Source: Somniosus microcephalus (taxonomy: Eukaryota). From it: a stretch of DNA of 64,000 nucleotides. The DNA is taken from positions 272,118,001-272,182,000 of the forward strand of contig CM126203.1 in the NCBI GenBank assembly GCA_052327205.1, given 5' to 3'. A model generated the notes under the pieces. That model made no database searches, was not told where the DNA came from, and saw only the letters and a program-made list of their open reading frames with translations. Numbering within the stretch: position 1 is the stretch's first letter; the number at the start of each line of letters is the position of its first letter. This document shows, piece after piece, positions 27,422 to 38,545 of this stretch. The position numbers and the translations under genes are program-made.

Positions 27422-28123
27422 GGGGTAGAGTTTCCACTTTGGGTGCAGTCGGCAATCCAGGCGCAAATTGCGCTAGTTTACTGAATTGAATTTTTTGCTG
27501 AAACTCATTTGCATATGGCCGAGCGTAAAATCTTCCATGAGCCAGCGCAATTGGGCTGTGTTTTAGAATGTTTAAAAAAAATTATTTTGCATTAAAAAAT
27601 ATTTCTTGGAATGGTAAACTGATGCAGTTTTACTAATGCAGCCAAAAATGGGTTATCACAAAAAAATCAGCATTTTTAATCTGTGTCTAGTCCATCACCT
27701 GTGAGTAACCTGATTTTAAATAACTGACAATTACTTTAATAAACTAGACAGAGCCATTTACTAGTTTCATTGGTCTACACTAGTCAGTTTCTTAGTAAAT
27801 GAAATACTTTTTAATATTTAAAAGGTGCTTATTAGTGCCCTTGCACCTAAAAAAAAAAGAAGCTTAATTTTAAGAGTCTCCACGAAGGCCTGCAAACGGG
27901 TCTGATTAGCAGATACTCGCCATGGTGATTAATTGGATCTGGGGACGTGGTCGGTTTTGTGGGCGGGGCCAACTTCCAATGCAATTTTTTTTTAAACTAG
28001 CGCAAAAGATGACGCAAATTATATTTGCACTGGATGTAATTTGTGTTTGAAATTCCTCGATCTTTTGCGCTGGTTTGGTTGATTTTGGGCGAGTTGCGTG
28101 CAGCCTAACGGAAACTCGACCCC
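27422..28123. mobile_element. MITE with 14-bp TIRs (Harbinger-like)
   Basis: Left GGGGTAGAGTTTCC versus reverse complement of the right end GGGGTCGAGTTTCC (1 mismatch); AT-rich non-coding core. Confidence 0.7.
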
Positions 28124-29135
28124 AATGTTGGTTATACATTCTGGAGCTTTGTTTGATTTACCCCAAGCAGTCTTTCTTCCCCCAACTCTGTGATACTGGG
28201 ATAGTTCTTAAATAAGACGTTTGTTATCTTCATTGTAATTTAAAAATTATTAATTGAATTAGTGGCGTCCATTGATATTGGCTCATGTTTAAAAAGGTCT
28301 AAGTGATGAGAGGCCATCACAGAATATTGGAATATGACATAGGCTATTGAAGCCTACTGGTTTATTCTGGATCATGATATGGTATATAGTTACCCACACA
28401 TCTATAGAGTAATGTGACTTTGGATTGCTGTGTCTTCCATTAATGTTTCATTAATATTTGATATTTAATTGATGCCGGTCATTGCATGCACAGTTGCTGG
28501 GTTTTTTTTAGGGCATTCCACATCACTTTCTTCAGTGGCCATTTAATTCCATGGTGTGTTTGGTAACTGCCACTAAATCGGTGAAAACATAGCGATCGCT
28601 TCAATAAATTGAAAGGTCATGGTACCTGCTTTTTCTACCGCCAGATGGCGCTCTGTTTGCATGGCTTACTGAGTGACTGACTGATGACGACCAGTCTTGC
28701 AGTTAGACAAAACCTAGGAAAATGCCTGAGGATCTGAATTTTAACACTATCAGGGAATGGCCAAAACTTGTTCCACCCTTGTTTCTAGACCCTTAAGTGG
28801 TGCAGAAGCTAGTAAAATCTAGCTAGCATAATTTGAGTAGATTTTCATTACCATCTGCTAGTGTGCCATTGATCAGATCTAGTCCCGAGGGGCTGAAATC
28901 ATCAATTTCACACCTGATTACTTAATGCTGACCTGCTGTTAGACATGAATTAGAGCCTTTAGTTCTCTTAAGAGGCGTGTTATATTAATAACTCTACTTG
29001 CAGAAAGGACAGTTTTGTTTATTATGGGTGTATCAGTCACGATCAGCTGTGTGTGAATGTATCTATATGTATGTCATACTGCAGATTAAAACAAAAATGT
29101 GCTGTTTTAAAATAACTTTTCATCATAAATGTGCT

Positions 29136-32100
29136 TCATAGAGTCAGTCATAACAGCACAGAAGGAGGCCATTCGGCCCATCGTGCCCATGCCGTCTCTC
29201 TGTAGAGCAATCCAGTCAGTCCCATTCCCTCGCTCTATCCCCGTAGCCCTGCAAGTTTATTTCCCTCGAGTGCCTACCCAGTCTCCCCTTGAAAACACTG
29301 AGTGTCTCCGCTTCCACCACTTCCGTCGGCAGCAAGTTCCAGGTCCTCATCACTCATAGAAACATAGAAGATAGCAGCAGGAGTAGGCCATTCGGCCCAT
29401 TGAGCCTGCTCCGCCATTCAATGAGATCATGGCTGATCATCCAAATTCAGTACCCTGTCCCTGCCTTCTCTCCACTTTGATCCCTTTAGTCTTAAGAAAT
29501 ATATCCAACTCCTTCTTGAATATATTTAATGAATTGGCCTCTACTGCCTTCCGTGGTAGAGAATTCCACAGGTTCACCACTCTCTGGGTGAAGAAATTCC
29601 TCCTCATCTCTGTCCTAAATGGCTTACCCCTTATCCTTAGACTGTGACCCCTGGTTCTGGACTCCCCGGCCATCGGGAACATCCTTCCTGCGTCTAGTCT
29701 GTCTAGTCCTGTTAGAATTTTATAAGTTTCAATGAGATCCCCTCTCATTCTTCTAAACTCCAGTGAGTATAAACCCAATCGACCCAATCTCTCCTCATAA
29801 GTCATTCCTGCCATCCCAGGTATCAGCCTGGTGAATCTTCGCTGCACTCCCTCCATGGCAAGAACATCCTTCTCAGATAAGGCGACCAAAACTGCACACA
29901 ATACTCAAGATGTGGTCTCACCAAGGCCCTGTACAACTGCAGCAAGACATCCTTGTTCCTGTACTCAAACCCTCTCGCTACGAAGACCAACATACCATTT
30001 GCCTTCTTAACCGCCTGCTGCACCTGCATGCTTACCTTCAGCGACTGGTGCACAAGGACACCCAGGTCTCGTTGCGCTTCCCCTTCTCCCAATCTATTGC
30101 CATTCAGATAATAATCTGCCTTCCTGTTTTTGACACACAAGTGAATAACCTCGCATTTATCCACGTTATATTGCATCTGCCATGCTTCTGCCCAATCACC
30201 CAACCTGTCCAAATCATACTGGAGTTTCTCGGCATCCTCCTCACAGCACACACGCCCACCCAGCTTTGTGTCGTCTGCAAACTTGGAGATATTACATCTA
30301 GTTCCCTCGTCTAGATCATTAATATATATTGTGAATAGCTGGGGTCCTAGGACCGATCCCTGCAGTACCCCACTAGTCACTGCCTGCCACTCAGAAAAAG
30401 ACCCGTTTATTCCAACTCTTTGCTTTCTGTCTGCCAACCAGTTCTCTATCCAAGTCAATACCTTGCTCCCAATCCCATATGCCTTAACTTTACACGCTAA
30501 TCTCTTATGCGGGACCTTATCGAAAGCCTTCTGAAAGTCCAAATACACCACATCCACTGGTTCTCCCGTATCTATTTTACCAGTTACATCCTCAAAAAAT
30601 TCCAGTAGATTAGTCAAGCACGATTTACCTTTTGTAAATCCATGTTGACTTTGTCCGATCCTGTCACTGTTTTCCAAGTGCTCTGCTGTTACATCTTTTA
30701 TAATGGACTCTAGCATTTTCCCCACTACCGATGTCAGGTTTACCGGTCAATAATTCCCCGTTTTCTCTACCACCTTTATTGAATAGTGGGGTAACATTAG
30801 CTACCCTCCAATACATGGGTACTGTTTCAGAGTCTATCGAATTTTGGAAGATGACCAGCAATGCATCTACTATTTCTAGGGCTACTTCCTTAATTACCCT
30901 AGGATGTAGATTATCAGGCCCTGGGGATTTATCGGCCTTCAATCCCGTCAATTTCCCTAACACCATTTCCCTACAAATACTGATTTCTTTCAGTTCCTCC
31001 CTCTCATTAGACACCATGTTCCCCAACATCTCTGGGAGGTTATTTGTGTACTCCTTTGTGAAGACAGAACCAAAGTATGTATTTAATTGGTCTGCCATTT
31101 CTTTGTTATCCATTATAAATTCCCCTGATTCTGACTGCAAGGGATCTATGCTTGACTTCACCAAACTTTTTCTCTTCACATATCTATAAAAGCTTTTACA
31201 GTCAGTTTTTATGTTCCTTGAAAGCTTGCTCTCATACTCTATTTTCCCCCTTTTAATTAATTCCTTTGTCCTCCTTTGTTGAATCCTAAACTGCTCCCAA
31301 TCCTCAGGTTTACTGCTTTTTCTGGCCAATTTATATGTCCTCTCCTTGGATGTTATGCTATCCCTAATTTCCCTTGTTAGCCACGGTTGAGTCACCTTTT
31401 TTGTTTTATTTTTATGCCAAACTGGGATGAACAAATTCTGTAGTTCATCCATGCGATCTTTGAATGTTTGTCATTGCCTATCCACCATCAACCCTTTGAG
31501 TGACATTCCCCAATCAATTCTACCCAACTCGCGCCTCATACCATCGTAGTTTCCTTTATTTAAATTCAGGACCCTAGTCTCTGAGTCAACTACTTCACTC
31601 TCCATCTTAATGAAGAATTCTATCATATTATGATCGCTCCGACCCAAGGGGCCTTGCACAACAAGATTGCTAATTAATCCTTTCTCATTACATAATACCC
31701 AGTCTAAGAAGGCCTGATCTCCAGTTGGTTCGTCGACATATTGGTCCAGGAAACCATCCCGTATACACTCCAGGAATTTCTCCTCCACAGTATTGTTACT
31801 AATTTGGTTAGCCCAATCTATATGTAGATTAAAGTCACCCATGATAACTGCTGTGCCCTTACTGCACGCTTCTCTAATTTCCCTTTTAATGCCATCCCCA
31901 ACCTCCGCATTACTGTTTGGGGTTCTATATACCACTCCCACTAACGTTTTCTGCCCCTTGGTATTTCTCAGTTCTACCCATACAGATTCCACATCATCCG
32001 AGCTAATATCCTTCCTTACAATTGTGTTAATCCCCTCTTTAACAAGCAATGCTACCCCACCTCCTTTTCCTTTTTGCTTATTTTTCCTGAAAAATGCTGC

Positions 32101-32900
32101 GTAAAAGCATTTTTCCTCAAATCCCCCCTCTATCTCATGTCCAAAACCTTAAATCTGTGTCCCCTAGTCCTCGTACCATCAACTAGTGGGAACAACCTTT
32201 CCCCGTCTAGCCTATCCAAACCAGTCATAATCTTGTACACCTCTATCAAATCACCCCTCAACCTCCTTTGCTCTACTGAAAACAAATCCAGCTTCTCCAA
32301 CCTGTCCTTGCAGCTAAGATCCCCCATCCCCGGAACCATTCTGGTAAATCTCCTCTGCACCCTCTCAAGTGCCTTCACATCCTTTCTAAAGTGTGGTGAC
32401 CAGAACTGGATGCAATTCTCCAGTTGTGGCCTAACCAGTGCTTTATAAAGGTTCAGCATAACTTCTCTACTTTTGTACTCAATACCTCTATTTGTGAAGC
32501 CCAAGATCCCATATGCTTTGCTAACCACTCTCTCAATATATCCTGCCACCTTCAGGGACCTATGCACATTAACTCCCAGGTCCCTGTGTCCCTGCACACT
32601 CTTTAAAACTGTGCCATTAAGTGTATATTGCCTCTCACTGTTCCTTCTGCCAAAATGCATCACCTCACACTTCTCTGTATTAAATTCCATCTACCACTTG
32701 TCTGCCCATTCTGCTAGCCTTTCTATGTCCTGTTGCAGTCGATTGGTATCATCGGCAAATTTAGAAATTCTACTCTGTATTCCAATATCCAGGCCATTTA
32801 TATGTATCAAAAAAAGCAGTGGCCCCAGCACTATCCCTTGGGGAACACCACTGTCTACCATCCTCCAGTCTGAAAACCAGCCATTTACCACAACTCGCTG
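29136..32900 (-). mobile_element. CR1 LINE (subfamily B) interrupted by a nested CR1
   Basis: 3' end at 29136-29354 resumes at about 32095 (catcact | gctgcgtaaaa); RT C-terminus GVPQGIVLGP and KFADDT. A related uninterrupted fragment lies at 49864-50256. Confidence 0.85.
29355..32094 (-). mobile_element. CR1 LINE (subfamily A), most of ORF2, frameshifted, nested in another CR1
   Basis: Endonuclease and RT spread over ORFs 31471-32049, 30664-31452, 29823-30725 and 29437-29901; (TATGTTTC) tail at 29355. Confidence 0.95.
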
Positions 32901-33174
32901 TTTTAATAACTTCATCATAAATGTGCTTCAAAACTAGTATCACTACAGTATTATCAGTGTGAAAGCAATTCAGCATGTCAGCCTTACTGTGGCAAAGCTT
33001 ATCAGAGAAACTCTTCATAAACCATGTCTCCCATTTACATCCTTCATGTAGGATGCATCATTTTATATGTGTCATTACATTCAACAATTTGCATTTGTAT
33101 AGTGGCTTCAACATAGAAAAATGTCCCAAGGCACTTCATGGAGAAATAGGAAAAACCTGCTGATTAGAAGTATC

Positions 33175-33650
33175 AGCTTGGCTCAGCTAGTAGCACTATT
33201 TCTTCTGAATCAGAAGGTTATGGGTTTAAGCCCCACTCCAAGAAAGAAAGACTTGCATTTATATAGTGCCTTTCACGACCACCGGATGTCTCAAAGTGCT
33301 TTGCAGCCAATGAAGTACTTTTGCAGTGTAATCACTATTATAATGTAGGAAACACGACAGCCAATTTGCGCACAGCAAGCTCCCACAAACAGCAATGTGA
33401 TGATAACCAGATCCTCTGTTTTTTTGTTACGTTGATTGAGGGATAAATATTGGCCAGGACACTGGGGATAGCTCCCCTGCTCTACTTCGAAATAGTGCCA
33501 TGGGGTCTTTTACGTCCACCTGAGAGAACAGACGGGGCCTCGGTTTAATGTTTCATCTGGAAGACAGGATGTAATATAATTTTGGCAGACACTTCAGAGG
33601 GATTGCTGCATTGTTGAAAGTGCTGTCTTTTGGATGAAGCTTTACATCCA
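33175..33650. mobile_element. SINE inside a SINE: plus-strand tRNA-headed SINE interrupted by an opposite-strand copy (33242-33567)
   Basis: Head ttggctcagctagtagcact...gggtttaagccccactcca breaks at about 33241; the insert matches the 17280-17590 body; the host SINE resumes at about 33570. Confidence 0.6.
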
Positions 33651-35204
33651 GGCTTATCTGTTCTCGCCTGACCGGTGTCTTGATGGGTTTTTCAGAGGAT
33701 GTCAAGAGAGGCACCAAGGGAAGCTGTGGGCTTATTTAAGGGGGATTCAAGGCTGGAACGGAAACTGGTGAGTAGGAAGGCAGAGGAGTAGTGATGGGTT
33801 GGGGTTGGGGTAATAATTAACAGGGGACAAAGTACCCAAAAGGGGAGAAATTAAATGGAAAGCCCGAGAGGGGCCAAGAGGGAAAAAGAAGAGATGGAAG
33901 TAATGGGCTCTGATGTGGAGAGGCAGTCGAAATGCACACATGAATGGTCATGGAGGGAATTCTGGTTACATAGGCATGGATAAGATGAGAAGCAACATGT
34001 CCAACAGAGGAACATACCTCTTACTCCAGGTGCCTTGGATGTTGCAGTAAAATATTACAATATCTAATTAACCAACTATCATCAGCCCACAGGTGCAAAA
34101 CTTCACTGGATCAACAACCTCACCAAACACTGAAGCCCGCCACAAAGCAAGGCTCAAAAATTCACCAGACGTACTCCATTCAGAGAGGAGATTAATGGTT
34201 TAACATTGAGAGGAGATTAATGGTTTAAATGACCTGCAACCTGCTGAAAGGAAAGGCATTCTTTAGATATAAAGGATCTGTCAACCAATGCAAAGATTAA
34301 AAAATACAAAAGAACATGCAAACAAATAAGAGGGTAACCAGGAAAAAGTGAGGAGTGGAAATTCAGGGGGGAGAAAGTGAAAACCTGTGGATGAATCTGA
34401 AAATGCAGGAATCACACAGTGGATATGTCAGTCCGCAAGGGAAAAAAACCTAACAAGCACCACTGGCACAGACCTTTAGGAAAATTTTAACTGGGTGCAG
34501 GCTTTGGATGGGTGTGGGGCAAGGCAAACATCAAACCTGCCCGTTGTCATCAGTTTTAGGCCCGGCCTATTTTAACTCCTGGGCCTCATTTACACCTCAC
34601 TAACCAACTGGCAGCCCGAAACGGGCCAGGTGGTTAAAATTGTGCAGGCTGGAAGGCAAGTGGTGAGGAGGGGGTCTTAGCAGGGTCTCGGGTGGGAAGT
34701 TGGGGAAAGGGGTGGGAAGCCCGGGACAGATCAGGCTGAGACTCCTGCACCTACAGCTGTTTATTCTCCAATCCCTGCTATATCACACATATATAGTTTA
34801 ACTCTTGCCATTTGTGGCCTCTTCAGCATTCAGAGCAGCTTTTACTGAGTGGGTGACTGAGACAGGCACCTGCTGAGACCAGTTAAAAAGTCACTGGAGT
34901 CCTGTTGACCTGATAGGACCATGATTTGCATACATGTGTTGAGACTCCTGACTGATTTAGGCAGGCACCTAATTTGCTGCCAGAATTAGCAATGCTAAAA
35001 TCCCCATGGAGCAGGTAATTGGCTTGTTCCTTTTTAACTGCCCCCCCTCCCCCCATCCCAAAATTCCCCCCTTTGTGCCAGAGCTATGTTATGACTAAGA
35101 GCCTATATCTAGAATGTCAATTTGCCTTCCTTCCCCGGACACCAACAACCCACCCCACATTCCCTGCATTCAAGAAAATGGGGACTAAAGCTGAAGTCTG
35201 AAGT

Positions 35205-35560
35205 TAATTACGTCAGTGTTCAAACCAGAGGGCTGCAAAGTGCCTAGGAGGAAGATAAAATACTGTTCCTGCAGCTTGGTTACGAGCCAAACGTGGAGAG
35301 ATCAGAGTGGGAGGGGAGTTAAAGTGGCAAGCCGCAGGGAGATCAAATTGTATTTGCAAACAAAATGAAGATGTTCAGCAAAGCGATTACCTAATCTGTA
35401 TTTGGTCTCCCCAGTGTAGAGAAAAGCACACAGTACCCAGTGAATACAATATACTAGATTGGACGAAGTACATGTAAAGAAGTTTCTCACATTGAGAAAG
35501 GATTTGGGGCCTTGGACAATGGTGTCAGAAGAGGTGAATGAACAGTTGTTGCTCCTGTTG
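35205..35560 (-). mobile_element. Penelope GIY-YIG remnant
   Basis: FTCTSSNLVYCIH...LYTGETKYRLGNRFAEHL, homologous to 7715-7830. Confidence 0.75.
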
Positions 35561-35896
35561 TATATTCCTGGTAGTCTCTGGTTTTGTTTCAGATATCCAG
35601 CATTTGCAGTTTTTTTTCTTTTTAATTTTCACATTATTTTGCATTGGAGTATCTCCAGTTGAATTTCAAAGTGTTCTTCGGAGGGAATACTACTTCAGGA
35701 TTAAGTACAAGTTGGAAGACATCAAAGCAGCAATAATTTCCCATAAAATGCTTTTTCATTGCATTTCTATCCAAAAAAGGTTACCAAAAAGCATACTTGT
35801 CTACTGGGCAGATTGACAAGTGTCTTAACTAAAATAAAAACAGAAAATGCTGGAAATACTCAGCAGGTCAGGCAGCATCTGTGGAGAGAGAAACAG

Positions 35897-35933
35897 AGTT
35901 AACGTTTCAGGTCGATGACCCTTCATCAGAACT
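35897..35933 (-). ncRNA. Minimal type I hammerhead ribozyme motif (Penelope-associated)
   Basis: Minus strand AGTT-CTGATGA-AGGGTC-ATC-GACCT-GAAA-CGTT-AACT: stem I AGTT/AACT, CUGAUGA and GAAA core, stem II GGTC/GACC, palindromic ACGT stem III. Confidence 0.75.
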
Positions 35934-36069
35934 GGACAAAGTTAGAGATGTAACAGGTTTTAAGCAAGTGCAGAGGCCGGGAAAGTGGGGAGGGGAGGAA
36001 AGAACAAAAGGGAAGGTCTGAGATAGGATGGAAGGCAGGAGAGATTAAATGACAAACGGTATGATAGTA

Positions 36070-36745
36070 CAGGTAGACTATCCTTTATCCGAACTTCCGA
36101 AAACTGAAAACCTCTTCAAAACCGAAAGTTTTTTCGTTCAGCGTAAGTCGTGCGCACGACATGACCAGAGTGGCGCACGACTTACGCTGAGCAGGGCAGA
36201 GGGTCACAGAGTTCCCTCCTGGGTAGGAGATTGCAGGCCAAGCCGGGCAGTGTGAAGGAGGTACCGGGAGAGTGAACCCAACAATACAGCGGCCTGTCCG
36301 ATATTCTTTTCTCCCCCCGACCCGAACCGAACCGCGGCCCATTCGATATTCTTTTCTCCTCCCCCCCCCCCCCCCGACCCGACCCCCGACCCGAACTGCG
36401 GCCCGTCCGATATTCTTTTCTCCCCCCACCACCCGACCCAACCCGACCGCCCCCCCCCCCCCCCGACCTGAACCGCGGCCCATCCGATATTCTTTTCTCC
36501 CCCCCCATCCGACCCCCGACCTGATTTACGGGCTAGCTTAGAAGGAGTCAGCCGATATCCAGCTTTCCAGAGAAGCAGGAAGGGGAATGAGACATGGAAC
36601 AGTCGCAAGAGGTAGCCGGAACTTTTAAAATTTATATTAAATACAAATTTCCCAGTCTTATAATAATACCTTCTGAAATCCAAAAAATTCCGAAAACCGA
36701 AACTCAGCTGGTCCCAAGGCTTTCGGATAAGGGATAGTGTACCTG
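36070..36745. mobile_element. Tc1/mariner (pogo/Tigger-like) MITE
   Basis: TIRs CAGGTAGACTATCCTTTATCCGAA and CAGGTACACTATCCCTTATCCGAA (2 mismatches in 24); TA duplication at 36068-36069 and 36746-36747; internal ~60-bp C-rich tandem repeat. Confidence 0.88.
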
Positions 36746-37629
36746 TACAAAGCAAAAGGAGATGGTAATGGGACAAGTAAAGAAACAGAAGATGAGTCTA
36801 GAAGAGGTGTAAATGGGAATGGCAGAATCATCATCAGCTGCCTTCCACCTGATCACAGACCTTCCCTTTTGTTCTTTCCTCACCTTCCCCCCCCCTTTCC
36901 CTGCCCCACACTTGCTTAAAATCTGTTGCATCTCTAACATTTTCCAGTTCTGACGAAAGATCATCGTTAACTCTGTTTCTCTCTCCACAGATGCTGTCTG
37001 ACCTGCTGAGTATCTCCAATATTTTCTGTTTATTCCAGATTTCCAGCATCCGCAATATTTTGCTTTTGTATAAACTGTGCTATAATTGAAAGTATGTTTA
37101 GTTTTTTTAAAAATCAGTTTGTCAAAAGAATTTAAACAATCTCTAATTTTCTTGATTTATGATAGATATCTATCAGAAAGAAAATGAATGCTACTATTTC
37201 CATATTTTAATTACTGTGATAGCCTACAGTGAGTTCTTGTAAAATCTGGAATAATTCGATTTTTGTTACATTCAATCCATTGGAGTGTTTCTTATGGCCT
37301 GTAACTGCTGCAATAGAGAGTCTTGCTTTTAATTAGGGGAAACCCTGATCCTAAATAAAAATAGGTGACACATTTATGAAAACCTGTGGGATAAGAATTA
37401 TGTTCCACAAGTGGGCTGACTGCTCACCCATGTAACAGATATAAATGTGGATATAATTACGTGGGTTTTCATAATGTATTCTGTTTATACCAGACAAAGA
37501 TGAATTAGATAAAACTGTTTAGGTGAAAATATAAAAGATTATAACGGCATGCAATAATCCTTCATGGTGTGGATCCAGAACAGCTGAAGGGAGTATAAGT
37601 CAGGGACAGAGGGACCTGGGAGTTAATGT

Positions 37630-38219
37630 GTGTGGGAAGCGGCGGCGGCAGTATTTAAACGCAACCCCGAGGCGGCAGAGCAGCAGGTAGGCCCCGGAGT
37701 GGCAGCAGTGCGGACCTATGTGGGCAGCGGCAGCAGTATTTAAACGCGACCCCGAGGCGGCAGAGGAGCAGGTAGGCCCCAGAGCAGCAGCAGTGCAGAC
37801 CTGCGGGATGAGGTCCTAAAAGCTGAATATAGGGAGTTAGGAGGTAAATTGAAAAATAGGACCTCAAACGCAGTAATCTCAGGATTGCTACCAGTGCCAC
37901 GTGCTAGTCAGAGTAGAAATAGAAGGATATTTCAGATGAATACGTGGCTAGAGGAATGGTGCAAGGGGGAGGGATTCAAATTCCTGGGACATTGGAACTG
38001 GTTCTGGGGGAGGTGGGACCAGTACAAACCGGACAGTCTGCACCTGAGCAGGACCGGGAAAGATGTCCTTGGGGGAGTGTTTGCTAGTGCTCTCGAGGAG
38101 GGTTTAAACTAAAATGGCAGGGGGTTGGGAACCTCAGCAGGGAGACAGAGGAAAGGGAAACAAGGATAGAAGCAAAAGATAGGAAGGAGAAAAACAAAAG
38201 TGGCAGTCAGAGAAATCAA
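37630..38219 (+). mobile_element. CR1 5' part (duplicated ~85-bp GC-rich UTR-like unit and ORF1 C-terminus)
   Basis: VISGLLPVPRAS...MNTWLEEWC...FLGHW...DSLHL; two tandem copies of gcagtatttaaacgc.accccgaggcggcagag at 37630-37805. Confidence 0.75.
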
Positions 38220-38241
38220 GGGGGAAAAATTTGGTTGGTTG

Positions 38242-38457
38242 TGTTAGATCTGTGTATCTTGATGTTGTGTGTCCTTCAATAACTAGACACGAGACTGCAG
38301 GGAACAATCAACAGGTGTTTACTGGATGAGGGTTACTCTAAAACTAAACATACAGATCCCTACTCAGGGTTTATATACAGGTGTGGTCACTGCCGGTACT
38401 ACAGTATACAGGAGCTGTAAAAAGTAGTTCTCCCCTTATATAGGTACATACACTACA
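38242..38457 (-). repeat. 3' LTR (216 bp)
   Basis: Direct repeat of 43234-43447 with about 5 substitutions and a 2-bp indel by eye. Confidence 0.95.
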
Positions 38458-38545
38458 ATTCCTCCCCTTTTATAGATTAACAGTACCATAACATTCATTT
38501 AACAATTAACACTTTTAACATGCACATTAACTGAAAATAGTCCAT

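Larger units (their letters stand above)
35830..37070. mobile_element. Two Penelope-type 3' repeats in inverted orientation
   Basis: 35830-36835 (minus, interrupted by a MITE) and 36840-37070 (plus) both match the 8090-8430 tail (gatgctgcctgacctgctgagtat.tccagcattttctg). Confidence 0.75.
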
